A stretch of DNA of 64,000 bases from Trypanosoma brucei (lineage: Eukaryota): positions 1,760,001 through 1,824,000 of the forward strand of contig CP000071.1 in assembly GCA_000002445.1 (NCBI GenBank), read 5' to 3'. The position numbers and the translations under genes were made by a program. Under the pieces are notes generated by a model. That model made no database searches. It was given only the letters and a program-made list of their open reading frames with translations, and was not told the origin of the DNA. Below, piece by piece: positions 1-8,761 of this stretch (position 1 is its first letter; every line of letters begins with the position of its first letter).

Positions 1-256
1 TTGGTATTTTATTGTCTCCTCTTCTGTTTCACCTGTAACCAACTCCGGCACTGTCGTCGTTTTTTTTCTCCATCTCTGTATATGTGAGAGTGCCCACTGC
101 ATTTCACTCCTCGATTTTTTCTTTTTTGTTTTATTTCCCTCCATTTGCATTTTCCTCGTTCCGGACTGTTGTTGTTCACTCTCCGACAATTTGTTGAAAT
201 ACAACGTGAGGGGGTTCTCATTGCCGTCACCCCTATTGTATGCTACTACGAGCTTC

Positions 257-1366
257 ATGGGTATGGGTCTCACCGGGATATGCCTCGCACTATTGGTTGC
301 AGTTTTCTCCTACACGGTGAACTGGGCACACTTCGACTTTAGTCTCGAGAGTAAGAGCCCGCATAACAGCGGCTGTTTGGAAAAGCCGCTTTGTGATGGC
401 CAGGTTAGTTTTATGGGGAGAGTTAAATGCCAGCTCTTCACCTACCCCGTCGATGTGGATAGACACGACTACAAGCGTGACGTGATGGGGAGGTTGGCAA
501 GGCTCTTGCAAAAGGGTCTTAAAGGACAACCGCATGTGGTTGAGGGTGTAAAGGGAGATATCGCGGTCAAACTAGCAAATCCGGGGAGGCCTTTAGTGTT
601 ACACTTCGCGGGTGACAATGGGGTGGGGAAAACGACGCTTGCGCAACTCATATCCCTTGCTCTCGCCTTTCGCTGCCGTGACATGTCGTGCCTGGTGGGT
701 GATACCTCCCTTGTGCTTTCCGGAGTAAGCTACGACGGTTACTCAGTGACAGACTTCCGCAGCGATGTGGTGCAGAAAATTGTGGAACACGCCAAGCGGT
801 ATCCACGAAACGGTGTTGTTATAGTCAACGACTTGAATGGCTTGCATCCGGATCTGGTGCGCGTTCTCCTTCCGCTATTCGGTAGGGCAACGACATTCCC
901 CGAGGCCTCTGACGCGCCACTCAACTACTTGACGGTGATAATAACAACAGACTTTGGTCGCCAAGGGCGAACACGGGGGAAGAGCTTATCAGATATGCGA
1001 CGTATCGTAGAAAGTGATTTTAAGAGTCTCTACTCGCAACTTTCTTCGTCTATGATACAAACCTATCCTTTCCTACCAGCGTCGTTGTCGACTGCGAGGG
1101 AAATAGTCCGAGCAACCGTCGATGGGTACCGCTGTGATAGTCGGCACGGGATTGGCAAACTGGATGTTGATGATGAGGTAGTTGAGTGGTTTATTGATTT
1201 GGTGAAGGACGATTTACCAGCGGAAAATGGACGTTGTGTTTCCAAAGCCGTGGTTGGAGTCGTTGGGCCCGCCGTGTTGCAACATCTCTCCAGCAGGTTA
1301 CCGAGTCTTGCCTCGCTGCGTGTGGTGCTTGATAGCGACGGCTCAGTTGCCGTGCGCGAGAACTAA
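257..1366 (+). CDS. Torsin-like AAA+ family protein. It has an N-terminal signal peptide or anchor, an intact Walker A (GDNGVGKTT) and a degenerate Walker B.
   Basis: The ORF track starts this ORF at a TTG (191); the first ATG is at 257. The N-terminus MGMGLTGICLALLVAVFSYTV is hydrophobic. The block NPGRPLVLHFAGDNGVGKTTLAQLI matches torsin NPKKPLTLSLHGWAGTGKN. VVIVNDLNGLHPDLVRVLLPLF aligns to torsin [22 protein letters not shown]. Length is 369 aa, torsin-like. Confidence 0.5.
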   Translation: MGMGLTGICLALLVAVFSYTVNWAHFDFSLESKSPHNSGCLEKPLCDGQVSFMGRVKCQLFTYPVDVDRHDYKRDVMGRLARLLQKGLKGQPHVVEGVKGDIAVKLANPGRPLVLHFAGDNGVGKTTLAQLISLALAFRCRDMSCLVGDTSLVLSGVSYDGYSVTDFRSDVVQKIVEHAKRYPRNGVVIVNDLNGLHPDLVRVLLPLFGRATTFPEASDAPLNYLTVIITTDFGRQGRTRGKSLSDMRRIVESDFKSLYSQLSSSMIQTYPFLPASLSTAREIVRATVDGYRCDSRHGIGKLDVDDEVVEWFIDLVKDDLPAENGRCVSKAVVGVVGPAVLQHLSSRLPSLASLRVVLDSDGSVAVREN

Positions 1367-1510
1367 TGGTCACACTATTTGGGGGCCTGGTCCCCGTTCG
1401 CCATCTCTCACGCAAGTATACTTGAGTCGTTTAGTGTGTGCCCGTTTTTTCACAGACTGGGGAAATGCACACTTCCATGGAGAGAACGTACACACGTGTG
1501 CACATTCGTC

Positions 1511-1645
1511 CGTTCTTATCCTACCATTCTTGTGGAGCGTTTTTGTTTTCTTTCCAGTGTTTCATCTTTCGCTGCATTTTCGTGTTCTCTTGGTCTACCA
1601 GCGCATCCAGTTCTCAACTCTATTCTATTTGAATTGTTGTTTTAG
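1511..1645 (+). promoter_or_regulatory. Polypyrimidine tract with AG dinucleotides; putative trans-splice acceptor region for RPL12
   Basis: Long C/T-rich run (ttttgttttctttccagtgtttcatctttcgctgcattttcgtgttctct...) ending in tttag, 20 nt upstream of the ATG. Confidence 0.45.
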
Positions 1646-1664
1646 AAAGGAGCCACAGCGAACC

Positions 1665-2159
1665 ATGCCTCCAAAGTTTGACCCCAATCAGGAGATCACA
1701 GTCGTCGTCCGTGCTGTGGGTGGTGAGGTGCCTGCAACGGCGTCACTCGCCCCCAAGGTTGGTCCACTCGGTTTGAATGCGAAAAAGATCGGTGAGGACA
1801 TCGCCAAATCCACGAAGGACTGGAAGGGTCTCAAGGTTACGTGTCAGCTGCGCGTAAAGAACCGTGTGGCTACCGTCGTCGTCACGCCATCTGTCGCCTC
1901 AAGGCTGATCCGTGCGCTGAAGGAGCCACCGCGCGATCGCAAGAAGGTGAAGAACATTAAGCATGACGGTAACATCGCCTTCTCTGAGATTCTGAAGATT
2001 GCGAAGGAGTCCGCGCCGAACTCTATGGGCGCCAGCATGAAATCTGTGGTGATGGAGGTACTTGGCACTGCCGTTTCCATCGGATGTACCATCGACGGTG
2101 AGCACCCGCGCGCGATTCAGGAGAAGGTTCAGGAAGGTAAGCTGAAGGTCCCCAACTAA
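1665..2159 (+). CDS. RPL12: 60S ribosomal protein L12 (uL11)
   Basis: MPPKFDPNQEITVVVRAVGGEVPATASLAPKVGPLGLNAKKIGEDIAK...; canonical L12/L11 sequence, 164 aa. The internal ATG lies inside a longer ORF-track ORF. Confidence 0.95.
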   Translation: MPPKFDPNQEITVVVRAVGGEVPATASLAPKVGPLGLNAKKIGEDIAKSTKDWKGLKVTCQLRVKNRVATVVVTPSVASRLIRALKEPPRDRKKVKNIKHDGNIAFSEILKIAKESAPNSMGASMKSVVMEVLGTAVSIGCTIDGEHPRAIQEKVQEGKLKVPN

Positions 2160-2456
2160 ACTTTGGTGGGTTCCTTTTTTTTCCTTTTGTTATTTATTTA
2201 GTTTTGTTTTTAACCATCCAATTGTTAATATCTAAAAGGAAAGGGGGGTGGCCGGCCCTCCCACAAGCCACCCATGCGGGTATCAGCTCTCTTTCTCAAG
2301 TGCATAACTGATGCGTCTCTTTTTGCAACCCTCTCCGTTCGCCTGCTCATTTTTTCTTTTACCTTTTCTTTATCCTCACATCGCTGAATCGCGTGCTGAA
2401 CAACACTACCAAATACATTAGAACACACAATGGGGACCATCAGCCGCCCTGGAGGG

Positions 2457-2534
2457 ATGCGGCCTAAGTGGCACAAGAAGCGCATAAAGCGCTTAAAGCG
2501 CCGACGACGACGCATGCGCCAGCGCTCCAAGTAA
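2457..2534 (+). CDS. RPL41: 60S ribosomal protein L41 (eL41), copy 1, 25 aa MRPKWHKKRIKRLKRRRRRMRQRSK
   Basis: Exact L41-type Arg/Lys-rich 25-mer. An in-frame upstream ATG at 2430 would add MGTISRPGG. Confidence 0.85.
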   Translation: MRPKWHKKRIKRLKRRRRRMRQRSK

Positions 2535-3003
2535 GCGCCCTGATGCATCGGTGAACATTCCTCGTGGTGCCGTTCAGTGCTCCTTTTTTGCGAGTTTCGC
2601 ACGCCGAACTCCCGATCAACGAAACGCATGCACATGTGCGTGCAACCTATTTATGGGTACGGAAACAAAGCATTTGATGTCTTCCCCCCTTTTTTCGTCG
2701 TCTAGTTACCTTTCCATTTTTCTACTTCTAGAGTGGAAACAAGTGTCAATGTTTTCTTCCCCTTTGGAGGTATGCCTGTGCTATAATGTTCCTTTCTTAT
2801 ATTATTGTCTTGGCCCTCACTCCTTTCTAACTGCTGTGGGCGACAGTCATACGCGCCCGGTGTTTGACTGCCGTCTGCTCACTTCAACCAACCTCCTGTT
2901 AACGCTTTCTCTTTTTTTTCTTTTGCGCTGCCTTTGTTTGTAACGTCTAAAACTACCAAATACATTAGAACACACAATGGGGACCATCAGCCGCCCTGGA
3001 GGG

Positions 3004-3081
3004 ATGCGGCCCAAGTGGCACAAGAAGCGCATAAAGCGCTTAAAGCGACGACGACGACGCATGCGCCAGCGCTCCAAGTAA
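3004..3081 (+). CDS. RPL41: 60S ribosomal protein L41, copy 2
   Basis: Identical peptide; upstream in-frame ATG at 2977. Confidence 0.85.
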   Translation: MRPKWHKKRIKRLKRRRRRMRQRSK

Positions 3082-3519
3082 GTGGACAGTCGAACCGCTG
3101 AACGATCCCGCGGTCGCGCGAATCAGTGTCGCTCACTTGTCTTGTCGCGCATGGATTCGTGGCAGGGGAACAACCCAAGTGTGTATTCACCCTTATGATT
3201 TGTTCCTTTTTTTTTTCTTCTGTTTTTGATACGCCGAGGAGCGGCCCTTTTTTCCCGTGTGGTTTGTTCTTTTGTTAGCGCTCTCCTTCAATACTGCGTG
3301 GTGTTCTGTTCACCGTACGGCAGTAAACCATCTCGGGGGCGGGGGGGGGGGTTCCCTTTTCCAAGGCTCACCTCACCAGAAGCCCGTGACAGTTTTTCTT
3401 ACTCTCTGCATCTTTCTTATCGACGGACGGCTCCCCATTGCTTTTTCTTTGCTTCCTTGCTTTCTTTATTTACTCTAGTCAGAAGGTGAAGGATGGGGAC
3501 CATCAGCCGCCCTGGAGGG

Positions 3520-3597
3520 ATGCGGCCCAAGTGGCACAAGAAGCGCATAAAGCGCTTAAAGCGCCGACGACGACGCATGCGCCAGCGCTCCAAGTAA
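3520..3597 (+). CDS. RPL41: 60S ribosomal protein L41, copy 3
   Basis: Identical peptide; upstream in-frame ATG at 3493. Confidence 0.85.
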   Translation: MRPKWHKKRIKRLKRRRRRMRQRSK

Positions 3598-4175
3598 GCG
3601 CCCTGATGCATCGAAAAGAGGTGCAATAAAGCGCGCTGGCGGCCGCCTCGGCGCCCCGTTTTGTCCGATACCTGGTTCGTACTGAGCCATCTCGCGCCTT
3701 AATATTTTTCTTTTGTTCTGGGAAGGCGTCTTAGGAGGGCATCCGATTGTACCGTTTCAGTGTTTTTGGCTGCTGCTTCTCCTCTACTACTATGTTTTGT
3801 CTCCTTCAGTTTTTTCCCTCTCATTCTTTGCCTCCCTTTTTGCAGGCTCCTGCAATTGGAATGGCTACGAGGTTTTGGAAGAAGGTCAACTGCCAGAGGA
3901 TGGGGGAAGAAGTCTAAAAGTAATCAGGGGAAAAGACAGCAGCAAAAAAAACATAACGGAATGTCTGGGTGAGTTGAGGCCCCTCTCGGGTGCCCGCCAA
4001 CGTCACTCTCTGGCTGTCTGCTTTTTTTTTTGTTTCGATTCCTCGCCTACAATGTGGACGGTAAGGGCCGCGTGCTTTCTTATTTTTCTACACAACTCAT
4101 CTGTGCACCTTCACCACCATTTCTCTTTCTTCTGCTTTCCCCTGTAATGATCTCGCTTCTGAAAGGCCGTAACTA

Positions 4176-4895
4176 ATGCACCCGCGATTGTCGGGGCAGG
4201 GCGTGTTTCCTCGCTATGGTGGCGGGTGGATGCATCAGTTCGGTCACGTGTACGCCCTTCAGCAGGAGCTGCTCAACGCTGAAGCAAACAACTGGTTCCG
4301 TGCGATGGAGTTGTGGCACACCGCTCGACACGAAGGGGTGGCAATGAATGTCTCCCACTACACAAACATCCTTCGCCAGTGTGTGCCTCCGACTGCATGG
4401 GAGGCCTCATTGATGGTATTGAAGCAAATGAGGCGGGAGAACATCCGACCAGATGTCGTTGGTGTCGGTTGCGCTCTTGCAGCCTGTGCTGACGCCAACC
4501 GCAGTGAGGAAGTGGAGAAAGTGTTTAGTTGCTTTAGCGGCAAGCTAAAGTTGGATAGTATTTGTTACCTTGCGCTCATTAAAGCCAAGATGTCCCGTGG
4601 AGGGTACGCTGAGGCTCTGGCTGTTGGAAGAGAACAAGACGCTGATGGGGTGCCTTTTCTTCCACACACGTATACGCACTTACTCGAAGCGGCGGAGGTG
4701 GCTGACGATGGTGAGATGGCATTGGAATTGGCGAGGCGGATGAGCAGCGAGCAGTGGCCGGTGTCCGATCGGGGACGGGAGGCACTCAAAAAATTGAGCA
4801 CCAGACACCATTGGGAGGAAGTGGCGGAGTACAAACAGTTTGTGGCAGTTGAGGATCATAAGTTATCGCTGCCCCCCACTTTACCTCGTGGTTGA
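4176..4895 (+). CDS. Small pentatricopeptide-repeat (PPR)-like protein, probably mitochondrial
   Basis: Tandem ~35-aa helical repeats with a PPR-like pattern (NVSHYTNILRQCVPPTAWEASLMVLKQMRRENIRPD; VVGVGCALAACADANRSEEVEKVFSCFSGKLKLD; SICYLALIKAKMSRGGYAEALAV). Confidence 0.5.
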   Translation: MHPRLSGQGVFPRYGGGWMHQFGHVYALQQELLNAEANNWFRAMELWHTARHEGVAMNVSHYTNILRQCVPPTAWEASLMVLKQMRRENIRPDVVGVGCALAACADANRSEEVEKVFSCFSGKLKLDSICYLALIKAKMSRGGYAEALAVGREQDADGVPFLPHTYTHLLEAAEVADDGEMALELARRMSSEQWPVSDRGREALKKLSTRHHWEEVAEYKQFVAVEDHKLSLPPTLPRG

Positions 4896-5191
4896 CATTT
4901 CGATGGGCAGCGAGGGATGGAGGAGGGGGGAACAGCAGCGAAATATGCTCTCAGCGCTGTTGTTCGTGTTCGAATGGAAAAATTTAGTCAGCATCATGGG
5001 GCAGCGGTCCTTTTGTTTGCTCTTCACTGGCGCGAGCATTGTCCTAGGTTTACGTCCATGATATTTTTAAATGTCCCTTCACTTTACTTCATGTAATTGC
5101 CTTTGTTTTTGTTTTTGTACGCAAACGAATATGCCAAAAGGAAATAGAGATAGGGTGGAGGGACTGAAGGAACGCGGCATCCCCCAATAAT

Positions 5192-5953
5192 ATGCCTCCT
5201 AAGAGACCACCCCGCGCGCGTCGCACAAAAGAGAGTGCGAAGGCCGTAATATCACCCCAAGAAAAGCCACTGACGTCGTCATCTTCTGGCGAAGCGTTGG
5301 GTGGTAGTGGTAATGAAGTAAAAAGAACAAATGAGACACCGGTTGCTAGAGTCGCGCGCCCACTGAACAGTCCGTCCGTTCGTGCAGTGAGTGAAAAAGC
5401 GCCGAGCCCAACGGGCTTCGGACCGTGCCATGTAATTGGTGTCCTTTTAGCTGTTGTACTCACGTGTGTTTGGTCCATTTTCCCCCCGTGGGATGCGACC
5501 GATGCTCCTCCTTGCCACTGTTTCCCAGCGGGAGGTGAAGTACAACAGGCCATTGCGAGCAGGATGTTTGGTGTCACTGGCATTCATCTTCGGGGTGCCG
5601 GCCACTCCGCCGTAGAGGAGAGTTTAAGGGGGCTATCATCGTGCGGGAAGCTGTACACACTAGAAAACCAGTTTGACGGCGTTGGTTCGTTTATGCAACG
5701 TTTGCAGCATGATGCCAAAGGGACGCGTTGTGTTGTTTGGTTGGTTAAGGATCTCTCAGTTGTAAAGCATGTTGACAACGCGTTGAAGGAGCTTCTAGAG
5801 GATAATACACTTCGCGGGAATCGTATTCTCCCCGATGGGGCGCGTGGCCTGTTTATCGTGTTGTCCAATCAGAGCCGAGAGGAAATAAAAGGGTTGCTGC
5901 CTCACCGTGTTGTTCACCAGTTCCGCACAATCAACCTTCCGGCGAAGAAATGA
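5192..5953 (+). CDS. Hypothetical type-II membrane protein with a degenerate torsin/AAA+-like luminal domain (LAP1/LULL1-like architecture)
   Basis: Basic Ser/Pro-rich N-terminal 80 aa, then a TM helix (HVIGVLLAVVLTCVWSIF). The next domain has degenerate P-loop (IHLRGAGHSAVEES), Walker-B-like (CVVWLVKDLSVVKHVDNALKELLED) and sensor-1-like (GLFIVLSNQSR) blocks. FMQRLQHDAKG matches torsin YQDQLQKWIRG. Confidence 0.45.
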   Translation: MPPKRPPRARRTKESAKAVISPQEKPLTSSSSGEALGGSGNEVKRTNETPVARVARPLNSPSVRAVSEKAPSPTGFGPCHVIGVLLAVVLTCVWSIFPPWDATDAPPCHCFPAGGEVQQAIASRMFGVTGIHLRGAGHSAVEESLRGLSSCGKLYTLENQFDGVGSFMQRLQHDAKGTRCVVWLVKDLSVVKHVDNALKELLEDNTLRGNRILPDGARGLFIVLSNQSREEIKGLLPHRVVHQFRTINLPAKK

Positions 5954-6397
5954 GACATTATTTCTTTTATTTGATCTCGTCAATTCTTTTTCCTTCTTGG
6001 CTGGACCACTTGGTTACGGTGTGGCCGGGGACGTTTTGACGCGTTTCGTTGCGGGTTGTTCGCTCAACACACGCTTGTGCTCTGCCGCCACGCAAGATTT
6101 CGTGCTGAATGAATCTCATCCATTGTTTTTTATTTATCTCTGCAACTGCTGTGGCTGCTGCTACCACTACTACTAATCATCTGTTCATTTGTCTATACCA
6201 CATACACCATAAACCCCCCTCCAAACTCTGGATATGACTGTCATTATATTCAAGGATGGGATTTTGACAAACGTGCTCAAAAGCTTTACTTTCCTTTAGG
6301 GGGTTTTAAACAGAACATCGGTGACAGTAAGAAATACAGACGTCAAAGCTTTCCGGAATAGGGAGTCTTCGTAAGGGTTAGGTTGTCGCTGGCTTTG

Positions 6398-6445
6398 GTA
6401 CTACCTACTTTCCTTGTGCCAAGTTAATTTTTCTCTGTGTGACAT
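6398..6445 (+). promoter_or_regulatory. Polypyrimidine tract/AG upstream of KBL (putative trans-splice acceptor region)
   Basis: ctacctactttccttgtgccaagttaatttttctctgtgtgac immediately 5' of the ATG. Confidence 0.4.
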
Positions 6446-7660
6446 ATGTTCCGCACTGTTCCTCGTTATGTTAGTTCAATGCTGCGGGAAGCGGCGGCTG
6501 CACAACTCGCAGCAATCAAGGAGGCTGGTACATACAAGGTGGAGCGAGTTATTACATCCAAGCAAAGCTCCACCATCAATGTCTCGACCGCTGCTACTCC
6601 GGTTTTGAACTTCTGTGCGAATAATTATCTTGGCCTTGCGGACCATCCGGAGGTAATCCAGGCAGCGAAGGATGCGTTGGATTCGCACGGATACGGTTTG
6701 GCGTCGGTGCGCTTCATCTGCGGTACCACAGATATCCACAAAAAGTTGGAGCAGACGATGACTGAGTTTTTGGGGATGGAAGACACCATTCTTTACCCAA
6801 GCTGTTTCGATGCAAATGCCGGTGTGTTTGAGGCACTTCTTACTTCAGAAGATGCGATCATCTCAGATGCACTGAACCACGCGAGCATCATTGACGGCGT
6901 ACGACTTTGCAAGGCGGAGCGCCACCGCTATGCGCACCTGGATATGAAGGAACTTGAAACTGCGCTACAAAAGACTCAGCATAATCGCATTCGCCTCATT
7001 GTCACAGATGGTGTCTTCTCGATGGACGGTGACGTTGCGCCGCTTGACAAAATTGTTCAGCTTGCCGAAAAATACAACGCAAACGTAATGGTTGATGATT
7101 CTCATGCCAGTGGCTTCATGGGTCCGGGAGGTCGCGGCACCCCGGCCCTGTTTGGTGTTATCGACAAGGTAGACATCCTGAACACGACACTTGGCAAAGC
7201 CCTTGGTGGTGCCAGTGGTGGTCTTTCATCAGGTTGCAAAGAAATCGTCGATCTTCAGCGTCAAAAGGGTCGGCCATATCTCTTCTCCAACACCATCGCT
7301 CCTGCAGCTGTGGGTGGTACGCTCAAGGTGATGGAGCTGTTGCAAACCACCTCGAGTGCGCGGAAGCAGCTGCAAGATAACACACATCTGTTTCGTACTG
7401 AAATGAAGAAAGCCGGCTTCACACTCAGCGGGCACGAGGAATGTCCCATTGCTCCAGTTATGCTATACGAAGCACGTATTGCTGCTGAATTCGCTGCTAA
7501 GATGATGGCTGAAGGAATTTATGTAACAGCGTTCAGCTACCCTGTAGTGCCCAAGGGACAGGCTCGTATTCGAGTGCAACTCTCTGCTGCTCACACTACA
7601 GAAGACGTGAAGCTTGCCGTTGATGCTTTTACAAAAATCAAGAAAGAACTTAACGTATAG
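6446..7660 (+). CDS. KBL: 2-amino-3-ketobutyrate CoA ligase (glycine C-acetyltransferase), PLP-dependent, mitochondrial-type N-terminus
   Basis: NFCANNYLGLADHPEVIQAAKDALDSHGYGLASVRFICGTTDIHKKLE...; class-II aminotransferase/KBL family. The Schiff-base Lys falls in the expected FSMDGD..(K) region. 404 aa. Confidence 0.93.
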   Translation: MFRTVPRYVSSMLREAAAAQLAAIKEAGTYKVERVITSKQSSTINVSTAATPVLNFCANNYLGLADHPEVIQAAKDALDSHGYGLASVRFICGTTDIHKKLEQTMTEFLGMEDTILYPSCFDANAGVFEALLTSEDAIISDALNHASIIDGVRLCKAERHRYAHLDMKELETALQKTQHNRIRLIVTDGVFSMDGDVAPLDKIVQLAEKYNANVMVDDSHASGFMGPGGRGTPALFGVIDKVDILNTTLGKALGGASGGLSSGCKEIVDLQRQKGRPYLFSNTIAPAAVGGTLKVMELLQTTSSARKQLQDNTHLFRTEMKKAGFTLSGHEECPIAPVMLYEARIAAEFAAKMMAEGIYVTAFSYPVVPKGQARIRVQLSAAHTTEDVKLAVDAFTKIKKELNV

Positions 7661-8568
7661 GGTCCGGTGATGGTAAATCGTGGAATAGAAAACGGTGTTC
7701 GGCATCATTAGCATCAGTTTTCAACAGAACCAAAGGCACAAGATGCCCTTTGAATAGTCATTCGAATTATTATAAAGAAGCATTTGAGAAAGGGATAATT
7801 GCGTGCCACCCCTACTTCTCTTTTTTTTTTTCATGAGCGTGTCTCTTTCCTTTCTTGTTTTTTATTTAGTTTGTATTCTTGCAACGTTCCGTCGACATTC
7901 TGCGAATGCACAATGTGTTTAGAGAAAAATGACCATACAAGGTATATTTTATCTCCCTTTTCTGCCCCGGGGGGGTGCGATATAACACGGCAAAGAAAGA
8001 ATATAGTCGGATGTGTGTGAGTGTGATAACTTGTCAATTTCTTTTTTTTTTTAACTACGGCAAAAGAAAGAATTTAGCGACTGAAGTGAGCCCAAAGAAA
8101 GCCGGAGGTGGCAAAAAGAAAAAAAAATTAAATCTCGTAAAATACCAAGTGGGAAAGGGTGCGATAATTCACGTTGACACGAATAATAAGAGAGGAGTTC
8201 GTCTCTTTTTTTTTTCTTTTTGGTGAGTCTGCTTTTCAGGTGTTTTGCAAAACGGTTTGTTAGCGGTTGGGTGTATTAGCTTTGTGCTTGTGTGTCGAAG
8301 AAGATGATGATAAGGAGAGAAACAAAACCACCAAGGCGGCGAGAAGTGAATAAGCGGCAGAATTGAGGTTTCAGTTTCTGTGCCTGCACTATCTTATTTT
8401 ATTTTTTCCGACTTTCAGTCCCTGTCACACATGCGTGTAACCTACGGGCGTTTGCATATTCCTTTCCACTTGTCTCTTCATTATGTTACGTTGTGTTTCT
8501 TCTTTCTTTTCCCTCCCTTTTGATGTGTTGATATGTGTTCGTTCAGGATCGTGCCCTCCTCTAGGCGG

Positions 8569-8586
8569 CACACACACACACACACA
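8569..8586. repeat. (CA)9 microsatellite
   Basis: cacacacacacacacaca. Confidence 0.9.
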
Positions 8587-8761
8587 AAAGAAGGAAAAAA
8601 AAAAGGACACCACACCGCGTCGTTACCTGTAGGTTTTGATTTGTTGATTTTTTCCCCCTGATCTGTAGTTTTGTTTATTAACTGTGAGCCCGCCGCGTCG
8701 CCGTGAAGGGCTCCCTCTCCGTGGACTGGCGTGAACCTCTTCCCTTCCGTTTGTAAACGGT

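Larger units (their letters stand above)
2406..3613 (+). repeat. Tandem array of three RPL41 gene units, periods about 547 and 516 bp
   Basis: Three near-identical blocks atggggaccatcagccgccctggagggatgcggccYaagtggcacaagaagcgcataaagcgcttaaagcgMcgacgacgacgcatgcgccagcgctccaagtaa. The 5' flanks of copies 1 and 2 are identical (ctaccaaatacattagaacacacaatg); the copy 3 flank is divergent. Confidence 0.9.

Noticed and set aside
191-256. ORF-track N-terminal extensions using TTG/GTG starts (191, 21106, 25125, 28110, 29498, 31521, 35559, 36588, 50865)
   Set aside because: These codons are not ATG. I moved starts to the first in-frame ATG, which in each case also improves the N-terminal logic (signal peptide, conserved ribosomal N-termini).
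3335-3352. G-run ggggcgggggggggggtt (and similar at ~29505, ~33625) as possible G-quadruplex or regulatory element
   Set aside because: Isolated homopolymer runs without the repeated G-tract spacing of a quadruplex motif. More likely simple sequence or slippage-prone tracts.
2225-3626. Minus-strand ORFs 2225..2635, 2847..3077, 3417..3626 (MRRRRRFKRFMRFLCHLGRIPPGRLMVPIV...) overlapping each RPL41 copy
   Set aside because: They are the reverse complement of the Arg/Lys-rich L41 coding repeat. The conserved unit is the + strand L41 peptide. Their presence three times simply mirrors the tandem array.
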